DNA of 64,000 nt from Selaginella moellendorffii. Its lineage: Eukaryota; Plantae; Lycopodiophyta. The notes under the pieces are model-generated. The model saw only the letters and a list, made by a program, of their open reading frames with translations. It did no database searches and was not told where the DNA came from. The stretch covers positions 434,001 through 498,000 of the forward strand of contig NW_003314280.1 of the NCBI RefSeq assembly GCF_000143415.4. Reading direction: 5' to 3'. A program made the translations under genes and the position numbers. Shown one piece after another: positions 23,860 through 36,331 of the stretch (position 1 is its first letter; the number at the start of each line of letters is the position of its first letter).

Positions 23860-26844
23860 ATGCGTCTTCCCTGGCGATGGCGCGATCGCCAGGGAAGACC
23901 GGTGATGGCACAACCAATGCAGTGCACAAGGTTTGTCATCTTGCATCGTAGCCATGGATCCGGCGGCGCCCAAATCGAAAATGCTCGTGGCACTGGAATA
24001 TCAGCAGAGGCGCGGGATTTCTACGAGAAAATCCGGCTGGCACCGACGATTCCCGGCTACATTGCGGCGATCAAGGCGTGCAGCAGCTCCAGGGATCTCC
24101 TCACGGGCGACAGGATTCACGGCGACCTCCGCGCCAGCGCGATGATCGACGATCCCTCCTTGGCCAGCAGCTTGGTGGAGATGTATGGGCGATGCGGCAG
24201 TGTAGCACGGGCCCGGGAGGTTTTCGACGCGATCCAGCGTCCCAGCTTGGCTTGCTGGAGCTCCATGGTCATGGCTTGTGCTCACAGTGGACATGGCGAG
24301 CTAGCGCTGGAATTTTTCTCTCGCATGGAAGACCGTGGCCTCCGCCCGGATGCTCGCTGCTTCATCGCTGCTCTTAAAGCTTGTGCCATTCTAGCGGAGA
24401 AAGAGAAGCACGGCACCACCACCACCGCCGCCGCCACCGCCGCCACCGCCAGCTTTGCAAACTATCCAGCGCGAAGAATCAAGGACACCGCCAAGACGAC
24501 CAAGAAGAGTTTGGAGGGAGGCATGGCTCTCCACTCTCAGCTCCAAAAGCTCGGACTGGAAGAAGACATCTTCGTGGCGAGCACGCTGGTGGACATGTAC
24601 GCCAAGTGTGGAAGCATGGCGAGCTCGCGAGCGGTGTTCGAGAGGATGGCTGCCAGGAACACGGTCGCCTGGAACGCGATCATCATGGGATACGCGCAGG
24701 CTGGCGCTGGTTGCGAGGCCCTGGAGCTCTTTGCGAGGATGCAGCACGAAGGAACCCTCCCAGACTCGAGAACTTTTGTGGCGGCTTTCAAGGCTTGCAT
24801 GAGTCTGATGGGAGGAGCGTCGAGGATGGCGGGCTTGAGCAGAGCTATGGCGATCCACGGCGAGCTCGAGAAGCTGGGACTGGTCGCCTCCAACACGTAT
24901 CTCGCGAACAGCGTCATGGATATGTACTCCAAGCTGGGAAGAATGGCGGACGCTCGCAAAGTCTTCGACGGCATGAGGAGGCGGAGCTTGGTGTCGTGGA
25001 ACACTCTCATCGCCGGCTACGGTCAGAGTGGCGATGGCGCGGTGGCTCTCGCCATGTTTTCGAGAATGCGGGACGAGGGACTCGAGCCGGACGCGCTGAC
25101 GTTCATCGCGGTGATCAATGCCTGTGCGCTGCTGGCCGCTCGCGAAGAAGGTACGCTCGTTGGTCGCAAAGTTGTAAAGCCGGTGTCACTTGCTAAAGGC
25201 GTGAGCATCCACTCGCAGGCTGGACGGCACGAGCTGGAGAACACCTTCGTCGCAAACTCGCTCGTCGACATGTACGCCAAGTGTGGGAGCCTGGACAACG
25301 CTCGGCGCGTCTTCGATCGAATGCCCCGGCACACCATCGTCTCCTGGAACTCGATGATCACGGGGTACGTCCAAGGTGGCGAGCCCGAGACGGCGCTGAC
25401 GCTGTTGGAGGTGATGCGCGACCGAGGCTTCGTGCCGGACGCTCGGACGTATCTCGCGGCCGTGAACGCAGTTGCGAGCCTGGCGGACAGGGAAGAAGCC
25501 GAGCTAGTCGAGCAGCGTCCCGTGAAGCTGGCGTGCCTGGAGAGAGGCCTCGAGACGCACTCGCGGCTGGCGAGAGCGGGCTTCCAGTCGGACAAGTTCG
25601 TGGCGAGCGCGCTGGTTGACATGTACTCCAAGTGCGGCAGCATGGCGGACGCGCAGCGAGTCTTCGACCGGATGCCGCACAGAGACTCGGTGTGCTGGAC
25701 GGTGCTCATCCTCGGCTACGCTTTAAGTGGCGACGAGCAGGCGGCGCTGGGGCTTCTCTCCCGGATGCACGAGGAAGGATACACTCCGAACGCTCTCACG
25801 TACGCTGCGGCGCTCAACGCTTGCATGAGCCTGGCTTCCAGAGAAGCACCCGGCCGCTGCCTGGAACTAGCTGCGGCGATTCACTCCCAGATCTCCAAGA
25901 GCGGCTGCGAGTCGGACGTCCTGGTGGCGAGCACGCTGGTGGGCTTGTACTGCAAGTGTGGGAGCCTGGTGGACGCGCGGAGAGTCTTCGACCGGATGGA
26001 GAGGCACGACGTTGTCTCGTGGACGACGCTGATGCTCGGATACGTCCAGGCGGAGCAAGCACCGGCTGCGCTGGATCTCTTCTCGCGGATGCAGCAAGTC
26101 CAAGGCCTGGTACCCGACGCTCCAACTTACGCCGCCGCGCTCCGGGCCTGCGGGAGCTCCACGGCTCTGGAGACCGGAAGGGCCATCCACCAGCAGATCC
26201 GTCACGCCGAGATGGAAGCCGAGGTGGTCGTCGTGAATTCTCTGCTGGGCTTCTACGGACGGTGCGGCTGCATGGCGGAAGCTTGCAAAGTTTTCGACTC
26301 GGCAGCCAGCGCGGGACGCGACGCCGTGACCTGGAACGCGATCATCGCTGGCTACTGCCACCAGGGAGACGTAGCCTCGGCTCTCAGGCTCTTTGAGCGG
26401 ATGCTGGAAGATCACTGGCAGCCGGACGGTGTGACTTTCCTCTCGCTGCTGACGGCGTGCTGCCATGCCGGGCTGGTGGACAAGGGGAAGGAGTTGTTCC
26501 GGCTCATGGTCTCGGACTACGCCATCGTGCCCAGCATCGAGCACTACAGCTGCGCGGTGGATCTTCTCGGGCGGGCCAACCAGGTGGACGAAGCTCTGGC
26601 GGTGGTGACCAGCATCCCCGTGGCACCCGACTTGAAGCTATGGATGACAGTGCTGGACGCTTGCGGGAAGTGGAGCAACTGGGAGGCTGGAAGGGTGGCG
26701 TTTGAGTCCATCCAGCTGCTGCTGGATCACAGGGATCACTCGGCTGCGTACGTGCTGATGTCCCGGACGTATCTTGCGCTGGAGCTGGAAGCGCGAGATC
26801 TTGACGAAACTTGGAAGAATGCATCTGTTAGAGAATTTGCATAG
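23860..26844 (+). CDS. PLS-class PPR protein (P-L-S triplets with long L motifs, E domain, no DYW)
   Basis: Intronless ~990-aa ORF with repeated 'LVDMYAKCGS..AR.VF.RM.....VSWN'; ends HYSCAVDLLGRA...AAYVLMSRTY. Start ATG is 23860 or 23905. Confidence 0.92.
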   Translation: MRLPWRWRDRQGRPVMAQPMQCTRFVILHRSHGSGGAQIENARGTGISAEARDFYEKIRLAPTIPGYIAAIKACSSSRDLLTGDRIHGDLRASAMIDDPSLASSLVEMYGRCGSVARAREVFDAIQRPSLACWSSMVMACAHSGHGELALEFFSRMEDRGLRPDARCFIAALKACAILAEKEKHGTTTTAAATAATASFANYPARRIKDTAKTTKKSLEGGMALHSQLQKLGLEEDIFVASTLVDMYAKCGSMASSRAVFERMAARNTVAWNAIIMGYAQAGAGCEALELFARMQHEGTLPDSRTFVAAFKACMSLMGGASRMAGLSRAMAIHGELEKLGLVASNTYLANSVMDMYSKLGRMADARKVFDGMRRRSLVSWNTLIAGYGQSGDGAVALAMFSRMRDEGLEPDALTFIAVINACALLAAREEGTLVGRKVVKPVSLAKGVSIHSQAGRHELENTFVANSLVDMYAKCGSLDNARRVFDRMPRHTIVSWNSMITGYVQGGEPETALTLLEVMRDRGFVPDARTYLAAVNAVASLADREEAELVEQRPVKLACLERGLETHSRLARAGFQSDKFVASALVDMYSKCGSMADAQRVFDRMPHRDSVCWTVLILGYALSGDEQAALGLLSRMHEEGYTPNALTYAAALNACMSLASREAPGRCLELAAAIHSQISKSGCESDVLVASTLVGLYCKCGSLVDARRVFDRMERHDVVSWTTLMLGYVQAEQAPAALDLFSRMQQVQGLVPDAPTYAAALRACGSSTALETGRAIHQQIRHAEMEAEVVVVNSLLGFYGRCGCMAEACKVFDSAASAGRDAVTWNAIIAGYCHQGDVASALRLFERMLEDHWQPDGVTFLSLLTACCHAGLVDKGKELFRLMVSDYAIVPSIEHYSCAVDLLGRANQVDEALAVVTSIPVAPDLKLWMTVLDACGKWSNWEAGRVAFESIQLLLDHRDHSAAYVLMSRTYLALELEARDLDETWKNASVREFA

Positions 26845-27057
26845 AAAAACTAACTTGACTATGATGTCACAAAGATGTCGCCTTTTCTAATGTTCGCCGT
26901 TCCTCGTGTATTATTTTACTCCGCTCCATCCTTATGGGAGTCACGAGTTTCTGTTTCGAGTATTGTACACCTGAGAGAAAAGAAGACCCGCTTAGAAGCG
27001 AAAAGGAAAGAGTTTTTTTTACCTCTGAAGAGAGCCTTTCGAAACATTACAAGACGA

Positions 27058-30000
27058 CTACTCTAGCTTCGGACGCTTAGGCGCGGGAGACTGAGGGTCG
27101 GATGGAAGGATATTTTGGTCGCCATTCGTTGCGTCCTGGTCGAGCGTGGCATCGTTGCTCGGTGGGGAGTCATCGTTGTTCGCTGCATCGGTGTTGGTGT
27201 TGCTTAACGCCCCGGTGACAAACGAGTCGCTCATTAGTGAGGGCTCTTGAAACTCAAGCCTTCGCCTGCGGGGAACGATGAAGTTACAAGGGCCAACCAA
27301 ATCGATGTGAGCTACTTACCCGTTTGATAGATTTAGGCGACAGTTGATGACGGTAAGGTCCTTGGAGGGGCTTTGATAAGCGTGAGTGCTTTCACCCACG
27401 CACGCATACAAGCTTCTGGAATGAGGAGACATGATGTTTTCAACCTGTTGATGGAAATCGATCATTAGTTACAATGAAAAATGCAAAAAGACCCAACTCA
27501 GACCTTGGTGTTTCGAAGAGGTGAGACAAAGACGTTGTGCCTGGCAGATACTTTTCTCGGAGACATATCGGGAATCGCTGGGAACATAGATGCCCTCGGG
27601 GGAGAGCTGGGTGCTACGTATCAGAAAACCAGAGCTCAGAAATTACGAAGACGCAAATTCACAAACTACCTTCGTCTGTCGCAGTGCCTTTGCCTGCCAC
27701 CATGGATGCGGGTCGTGCAGCGATGTTCATTAAAAAGGCCTTCGTTGCAGGAACATAGATTTCATTGTAAAATTTGATGATATCCCCCATGTCTGTTCTC
27801 TGTCAAACACAAACAGCAAACAGTTTAACGCACACGAACCCAATAAATCTATTTACCCCACGCCGCTGTTCAAGATAGACATTCCTGAAAACATGGTTTC
27901 TGCTTTGAGGCTGTTTCCGATATTGGAAAATGATGTCCCTGAATGTCACGTTGAGCTTCATAACCTGCACTTATACGCATGAGAAGAAACACATGCTGAC
28001 AACAATACTAACCTTGCATACGCCATACATGCTACACAATATTATTTGATCAATATGCCGGTTGAAGAAGATGGTAGTCCGGTTCAGTGCATACTCGAAG
28101 ACCTGGAAGATTTGCTCAACCACATGACTAGGCTGTGAAAGACGTTCACATAGAACTTTGATTCGGCTAGCAGCGAGCTTCAACACCTGCGGGCCGAAAC
28201 ACCCAGTCAAAACCAAATGCTAATGTTTGTACCTTTTGAAAAAACACGTTCATCACGGCTTCTGCACACGTTTCTCCAGAAGCATGAGGATTCGGTTTCT
28301 GAGGACTGAAGGAGGAATTGTCAGTACAACGTCCAAAAAGAAGTCCTTTCATGTACCTTGCAAATACAGATTGAAGATGGAAAAGGTTCCGTTTTCCCGA
28401 ACCTGAGTTGAAAGCTGAAAATGCAGACGGCCTTTCCTTGACCGGGGATGGTAGACAAGTTAGTGTTTGCTCCCCGGACAACAACGGCTCTCTATCTGGA
28501 GAATTTGCATCTGGAAACAATAAAGTTAACATGAATTCGGCGAAGTAAATAGAACTCACCAGGCATATCTTCTCCTTTGGACTCCTGTCGTGAAGACAAT
28601 GTCTCCAACGATGGCATTGGCTCAGCCATAAGTTCTAGGCGCCTTATTTCGTCTCCAAACCTTGGCCGTGCGACAATAAGTGAGTTGTACATCGACGAGC
28701 CCTTCTCCCAAGCCATGCTTTCCAGAAGTCGCTCTTCAATGGAATTTAAGTGCCGCTTGAGTTCCCTTGGCAGAGTTTCTTCGTGTCTGACGAAAGACTC
28801 TATCACTTTGCTCATGTCGAATGCGGTTATCCCAGTCGGTCCTAGAACAGCAGGAAACGACAGAATAACCGTCTTGTGAGTCGCTAGGACCAACTCCCCC
28901 GAGCAAGCCAGCATACACCGATGGAACTTCTCGCTTGTCAACACGGACGTCAAATTCTTACTTTGCAGCCTCAAAGACTCGGCGTGGCAGAGTGCAGTTA
29001 AAACTCTGTAGTAAAGCTTGGAAGCCTCGGACCTTCTCTGCACTGCCCATTCCAAACTTCCACTGCTATGGAGAGTGGCTTTCCAGCTACCAGGAGAATA
29101 GATGGGAAATATTGCCTCAAGTATAACCTTAGCCCTGTGTGTCACCTCCTCCGTTATGTCCCGGTCACAGGATCTAAGATACTCCAATAACTCTGTGCTT
29201 GGCTCTGAAGGCAATGGTGCTATAACAGTTCGTAACCACTTTGCTGTTGTCATTGTTACGCTGACAGGTGTTGGTGGTGGCATCTTAGCTGCCGTAATCA
29301 TAGCCAGTGAAGAGCGTGGTGAGGACGTCGAAGACAAAGTTTGTTGCAAAGAAGACACTTGAGCATCTTTCTCCCGGTGCTGTAAGCAGAAAGGTGTCAA
29401 AAGTTTTCATTTAGAAAAACGAATAACGTACCAACAGAGTAAGGCTAGGCTCTGCAAAGAGCTCGTATCCTTCCTCTCCACTGGATTCATATTGTTTCTC
29501 CAATGTTAGCAAATTTGCAGCAATCATATTATCTTCCATCAGTCCTTCAAAGTAGACGAGACCATCTGGAAAAAAAAGATGATCAAAACCGGAACCTCAG
29601 TTCAGATATATTACCAGAACTGAAACCTTGCAAATTGCTGACAGAACTGCAGTCACTCGTACTAGGTAAGTTCGGAAAAATGCTGGAAATCATGTCTTGT
29701 ATATTCTTCAGCACGGACATAACATCTTTTTCATCGGCCTCTCCCACACTGCAGAGAGAGGATATAAGTTTCACACCATCCGCATCTCTTTTCGCTGGAA
29801 ACGAGATCAGTCAATTTGGTGCGAATAAAGGCACGAACAAAACGTACGAAATAGAGACTTGTTCTCCAGAGAATAAGATCTCAAGGATGATGGCATATGA
29901 ACGATCATGACGGCCTGTTTGTGAGAAAGTCAGATGACGAAGATCCAACATTGCCAGAATGGCTTACCACGACACCCAGGAGTGCGTTCGTACATGTTAC

Positions 30001-30889
30001 AAGGTCAGGAAACCGACCAAGAACGTGAACCCTAGCAGCCAGAAAGAGAAACCATCCAAACCTCTGATGGATGCTTATTTCATCGCTTTCAGACTCCGCG
30101 GGCTCAAAATATTGTGGAAAGGTCCTCTTATAATAGCTGCAGACAAATCGTCAGAACCAGGAACTTAAAACCATACGAATCATCGCTCACTTGAACAGAA
30201 CCATCAGGTGCACAAAAGTTGCCTGGTCTTCCTTAGCCTGACAGAAGGTACAAAGCAATCAATACGCCAGTAGAAGAGAAACTGTATACCTGAAGATCGC
30301 CTTGGAATTCTGCCCCGTAAACGCTCTTCAAGGTTGGCGCACATTTCTTTAAGAACTGTGTGATCTCCCGGAAAAATTCCACAACACTGTTCATTGTCAT
30401 GTTAGGAACGAAAGGAAAAGAAAAAAAAAATAAGGAGACGCACCTCAGGTTGGTCACACGAAGAACTTGCGTAAGTGTGAAGATAGGAACCTCTCTTCTA
30501 TCCAGCTTCTTCACGACGTAAAGAATTCCCGCCATCCATATACGCTCGGCCTCATCGACCTAAAAGGAAAACGTTAATATAACATTAAAAAAGAGGAAAG
30601 TGTGTTACCGAGCCACCGAGCAGTGACGAATCCCGCAGTGGAGCGACCAAACCATACAGCCTTAGCGCCTTCTCCAGAGAAATCTCGTCCAGGGACAGGC
30701 TTGTCTGCCAGATTCCCAGGAGAATGGAAGAATTCAACAATCTAAACGGCAAATCCAAGCAATTCAGACCTCGCAGAACTCCCTGAATCGAGCCTCGCCG
30801 TCCAGTGCCGCGCCGTTGCCATTAGACGCAACGGCAGGGGAAGCAGCGGCAGCGCCAGCACTCGATCGCGCTTGTTCCTCGCCCGGCAT
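27058..30889 (-). CDS. RBR: Retinoblastoma-related protein, multi-exon
   Basis: RB-A pocket ([17 protein letters not shown]...[43 protein letters not shown]), RB-B pocket ([19 protein letters not shown]), and C-terminal NLS PKRPKLE. ATG at 30889. Confidence 0.95.
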
Positions 30890-30999
30890 TCTACCCTACT
30901 GCCGTCCTAGCGGCACCTGGAAATTCCAGCCCCGGATCTAGCTAGGAGACGCCACAACGAAGAACCCTAGAGAGCTAAGCGAGGGAAATGAAGCAACAT

Positions 31000-31008
31000 G
31001 GCGGGAAA
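31000..31008 (-). promoter_or_regulatory. Canonical E2F site TTTCCCGCC upstream of RBR
   Basis: ggcgggaaa on the + strand, ~110 bp upstream of the RBR ATG. Confidence 0.65.
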
Positions 31009-31154
31009 GAACCGCCCTACTCGGCAAGCGTGCATAAGAAGCTTGCGTGAGAGAAAAAATAAAGGAGTTTGTTGGAATATTCGTTGAACACTCATTGACA
31101 AAAATATTTAAAGGAAACTCTCTCATTTAATCTCTTTTGACTTATTTTTTTCCG

Positions 31155-32925
31155 TTAAACTGATACCGCAGGGATGTCGATGGTCATGCCGGCTTGGATT
31201 TGTCCCCAGCCGATCAAACGCCAGTGCTTCTCCACTCTCCGGCTCAATGCCACTTTCTCGCCTTTGCTCGTGCAAACCGGGGACGTGAGTTGGAGCTTGG
31301 CCAGATCGTTCTTCACGGCCAGGACGCGAGCTCCCGTCGACATTGATCCGATGTTGAGCATCAACATCTCTCCTTTGGCGAGCTTGGAGACCTTCTCTTG
31401 CTTCTCCGACCCTTTAGTTCTTACTCCCAGGAGCCGACGCAATAGAAAGAAGTTCACCTGAAAGTTTAGACTAGCTTAGCTCCCCTCCTCTCAAAGTAAA
31501 GCAAAAGCGAGTACCTCGAGCTCTACAAACACGTCCGGAAGAGCTCCCACTTCTCCAAGCACCTGACCGACGAGTCTGTCAGCCCGAGTGAGCGTCGGAT
31601 CGATCGTCGTGCCGACACCGATGAGGCCTCCAGGCACCGCGAACTGGAGCTCGTTCTGCTCCGCAAAGAGCGAGACGATTCGGGAGAAGATCGGTGTGCA
31701 TTTGATGTTTCCTTTGTCATCCTTTGCCACGATCCCGGGACGGACTTCCACCTTCTGTCCCAGCTTTAGAACACCCTGGACGAGGAAACGCGAAAACGAG
31801 TGAGTAGTTGCAGCTGCAAGTTTTAGATTTTACACGTACCCTGAGAATACTCCCGCCAGCCACTCCGCCCTTGATTTCGTCCACCTCCGCTCCCGGCTTG
31901 TTCACGTCGAAAGATCTGATGACAATCATGTTTGGTGGGGAGATGAAGTCACGCTCCGGAATGGGAATCTTCTTCACGATGTATTCACAAACAACGTCGA
32001 CGTTGTACTTGAGTTGCGCTGAAACAGGCACCACTGGGGCGTTATCGGCGACGGTGCCCTGCAGAGCCAAAACTAAGAACGGTGTCTGCAAGGAAGAAAG
32101 AAAACGAGCGGACATACCTGGATAAACTTCTTGATGGCATCATATTGGTTAAGTGCCACGCTTTCCTGGATCAAGTCGATCTTGTTTTGGAGAATAATAA
32201 TGTGCTTTAAGCGCATGATCTCCACAGCCGCAAGATGCTCGGAAGTTTGCGGCTGCGGACAGCTTTCGTTGCTGGCAATCAAAAGCAAAGCGCCGTCCAT
32301 GATCGCAGCACCATTAAGCATCGTAGCCATGAGAATATCATGTCCCTGAAAGTCTTCGTAAGAAAAGCTAGAAGAAAACGAAAACTACGAAGAACTTACA
32401 GGACAATCCACGAAAGACACATGCCTCTTGAGCACCATCCGGCAGTTCTCGAATCCAGGAACGTCACAAAAGGGACTATCTTCCTTGCCACTCCCGTAAG
32501 CTCTTCAGCACACGGCATAGACTTTAGAACATAGAGAAGATTTCTACAAAGAGCATACTTGTAGCATTTCGGCCGAGGGCATCGCTCATCTTCACACATG
32601 TAAATCTTCGCATTCGCATAGCCGAGCTTGATTGTGATGTTACGCTCCAATTCATTCTTGAAGCGGACAGTCTGAGAAGCAGAACAAAGAATCAAACAAA
32701 GAAAACAACATCAAACTCGGCACTGGAGACACAAAACAAGCTCTAGATCACCTGGACGCCAGAGATCGCCTTGACGACTGTGGATTTGCCGTGCGCCACA
32801 TGCCCAATGGTGCCGATATTGATCGTGGCTTGCCTCGAGATGACCTCTGGCGACTGTGGAGTGAGCTTCGCTACATCCAGCTTTGACAAATCTTGCTCCG
32901 TCAATGCTCGCCGCGACGACGACAT
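31155..32925 (-). CDS. eIF2g: Eukaryotic translation initiation factor 2 gamma subunit, multi-exon
   Basis: [79 protein letters not shown]. Confidence 0.97.
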
Positions 32926-33088
32926 TGTGCCCTGCCGCGCTTGCGCCGCCTGTCCGAAATGCCCGAACCACAAAACCCTCTGCTCTGTTTGCCCTAATTC
33001 CCAAGAACCCTAGTCCTTTGTATGCCGTTGGATCATAGCCTAACCTTTCGACATTTCTTGGCCGTGGGATCTTTCCTTTTGGGCTCAA

Positions 33089-36000
33089 ATGCAAAGGCTT
33101 TCTTCGGCCTTGCCGCATAGATTTCCAATACCCAGGGTTTCCCCTAGCCCGGCGAAGAGTTCTAGGGTTTGTGCCGAGGTGTCGGTGATGGATAGGAAGC
33201 GGCGGATGGAGCCGGGTGTCGGCGAAAGCAGCCAGAAGAAGGCGCTTTCGCTGCGCAAGAACAATGCGCGATCCGCGAGAAGCATCAGCTACATCCAGGT
33301 TCGATTCACTGCTCTTCCTGCTTTGCGATGCCCATAGCGGCGAGCTACTGCAGATTTTTGGGACTGGAATGGACACGGGAGAGACCTCGCCCTGCGTCCT
33401 TCTCTTTTTTGATAGCAAGCGGTTTGTTTTCAATGCTGGAGAGGTACGTTGCCAGAGAAGATAGATAGTTCTTACGCGAATGACATCTTTGGCAGGGTTT
33501 ACAGCGTTTTTGTCAAGAGAACAAGATCAAGTTATCTAAGGCATGGAACGGTGGGATTGTTTTTCGTAGCATAGAAGTCCTGACTTCGGCAAAATCAAAC
33601 TTGGCAGGTCGACCACGTTCTTCTTACTCGCGTGTGTTCTGAAACTGCTGGTGGCCTTGCTGGTAATTCATTTTGGCGACATACTCCAGAGCTTGACATT
33701 TGAGTATGTTGCAGGGGCGCTTTTAACACTCGCTGGCGACGTTGGCCTAACGGTATGAAGATTTGATTGTGAGCGTGATCCTTGTTTCAATGCTTTCCTT
33801 TCTTGTCAGCTGAACATCTGGGGTCCATCGGACCTGCAATGCCTAATAACTGCGATGTCTACGTACTTGCCAAATGCCTCTTTCTTCTATACGCATGCTT
33901 TCGGGAAGGACGGCAAACTCTTGCCTGAGCATGCAAAAGATCCCAATATTGCAGTTCTCCTAGAAGATGATTTGGTGAAGATATCGGCAGTGTTGCTGGT
34001 TCCATTCTCGGATAAGCAAGGTGAAGGTAGTAGTAGTTTCTGTTGATTTGTCCCTTTAGAAATCCTTGGCGTGCAGGCAAGAAGTTTAGACCTGGGGATG
34101 TCGCTGTAGTGTATGTTTGCGAGCTTCCCGAAGTTAGAGGCAAGTTCGATCCTGTGAAGGCAGCTGCTTTGGGATTGCGTCCAGGTCGCAAGTACGCTTT
34201 GCTTCAAAGTGGAACTTCTGTTCTTTCAGATGATGGGACAACAGAGGTAGCGTTTTTCTATTGAGTTTTATGTTCTTTTCACATGCAGAGTTTCAGATTC
34301 TTCCGGAGTCTGTCATGGAACCATCATCCCCGGGCCCAAAGGTTATTCTTGTGGACTGCCCGACAATGTTCCATATTCCGTCTCTGCTGACGGCAAACGG
34401 TTTGAAAGGATTGTACACTAGCGATGGCGCCGCGTCTGTGGCGTGCATTGTACACATGAGTCCTGCTATCGTGGTTAACGATAGTAAATACCAGGATTGG
34501 ATGAGGCTTTTTGGCTCGACTGAACATATACTAGCAGGATCAGGATGGTAAGTTAGCTAAAAAATGAGTACCTTGTTTTTAATGTTTTTTTTCCCGGATT
34601 TTTGCAGCTCTAATTCTCTTTCCCCAATTCTCAAGTCTAGCGCAAAGATACTTTCCAAGCTAAATTTTGCATGTCCTTATGTTTTCCCTGTACCTGGTTA
34701 CGGCTACGAATCATCGAAAAACCAGCAAATATTGTTGCAGCAGCAGGTTAGCTATTGTCTTTTTAGTTTTCCTTATGAGTGACTGACTCTTGTTTTTCAG
34801 AACAATTTGTCCGTCACCATTGCCAAGAACTTGTTAAAGGTTTGAAAGATTTGGGGACGGGCAAATTACTGACTCTTACGTGTCTGATGCTATCAGTTTC
34901 GTTTACTTCCGCTATCCGGTCTAGGAATGGATGGTTCTTCAGTTCCAGAAGCTTTTGACGGGAAGGTGCATACAGAGGAGCTGATTGAATGCGTACCCGA
35001 AATTTTACCACTGACGGAAAAACTCAAGGAATTTTGGAAAGCTTACGGTTCCAAGGACCTTGTCGAAGAACCTTGGTTCGATAAAGGTGCAGATTCTCGC
35101 TCACTGAGCTCCTCAAGCTTGACAAAGGAGATTCCCGACACATTGAAAGCAATAGGCAGGAAAGAGGTGGAGCTTATATTCCTTGGCACTGGATCTTCTC
35201 AGCCTTCGACATATCGTAATGTTAGTGCGATCTACGTCCACCTTTTCGCAAATGGGGGGATGCTTCTGGATTGTGGAGAGGGAACTTATGGTCAGCTACT
35301 AAGAAGGTACCGCGTGTTTCGGTGCTTGCTAGATTGTTTCTTACTGGGCTCTGGTCTGCAGGTTCGGACCAAGTACTGATTCCGTTGTAGCTGGCTTACG
35401 TTTGATTTGGATTTCGCACATCCATGCTGATCATCACGGTGGTCTTAGCCGAATACTCTCTGTTCGGCGGCAGCTTCTTTCCAAGTCTGGCAACGTCGAA
35501 CCGCTTCTCGTGGTGGGACCAAAGTTGCTGAAACGGGTTCTGGAGGCTTATGATATGGTTGAGGACCTTGGGGTGGAATTCTTAGATTGTAGTCAAACGA
35601 CGTTGGAAGCATCAGACATTGCGGCTGGAGGTCAACCGAAGGGATTCGTTAGCTCTATAGTTTCTGGATCACAGGAAGGCAGGTCCGGGCTCATGCAGTG
35701 GGTTCAGCGGGGATACCATCTTAGGAATGGACTGGATGAAGCTGGGAGGAGTAAACTGCAGGATACATTGCAAGCACTGGGTCTGAGCAGCTTAGTGAGC
35801 GTACCGGTGATCCATTGCCCACATGCATTTGGAGTAGTTCTTGAAGCTCAAAACAAGGCCGACACTTCAAAAGCGGGATGGAAGCTTGCTTATTCAGGGG
35901 ACACAAGGCCTTGCAAGGCCTTTATTGAGGCCTCTTACGGCGCTACAGTTTTCATTCATGAGGTACGTTCGTTCAGAAATCCCCAAAAGTAGGATTCATA

Positions 36001-36331
36001 TCCATGTGTTTTTGATACTTGACAGGCTACCTTTGAGGATGGAATGTCTGAGGAAGCGGTATCAAAGATGCATAGTTCAACTCACGAAGCCATACAGGCT
36101 GGGGCTTTGGCGCGAGCCTATCGGACCATCCTGACGCACTTCAGTCAGCGTTACTCCAAGGTGCCAGTTTTTGACGACAGCTACAACGATAGGACATGCG
36201 TGGCTTTCGACTTGATGAGCATCGATTTAGTTGATCTGCCCCTGTTACCGTCGCTCATCCCCGTGCTAAAGCTTCTCTTCAAGGACGATCAAGCTGAAGA
36301 GCAAGCCGTCCCCGAAGCTGTAGCACAATGA
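33089..36331 (+). CDS. TRZ: tRNase Z long form (ELAC2-like), multi-exon
   Basis: GKFDPVKAAALGLRPG exosite, FLGTGSSQPSTYRNVS, LLDCGEGT, SHIHADHH, YSGDTRP, HEAT and LTHFSQRY. Includes one apparent GC-AG intron starting at 33541. Confidence 0.95.

Noticed and set aside
23796-23993. Apparent coding overlap between DCC and the PPR gene
   Set aside because: A clean DCC model starts at ATG 23796, so the CDSs do not overlap.
24001-26824. Many antisense and alternative-frame ORFs over the PPR, SPL and DUF569 genes
   Set aside because: Shadow ORFs of GC-rich coding sequence with no recognisable domains.
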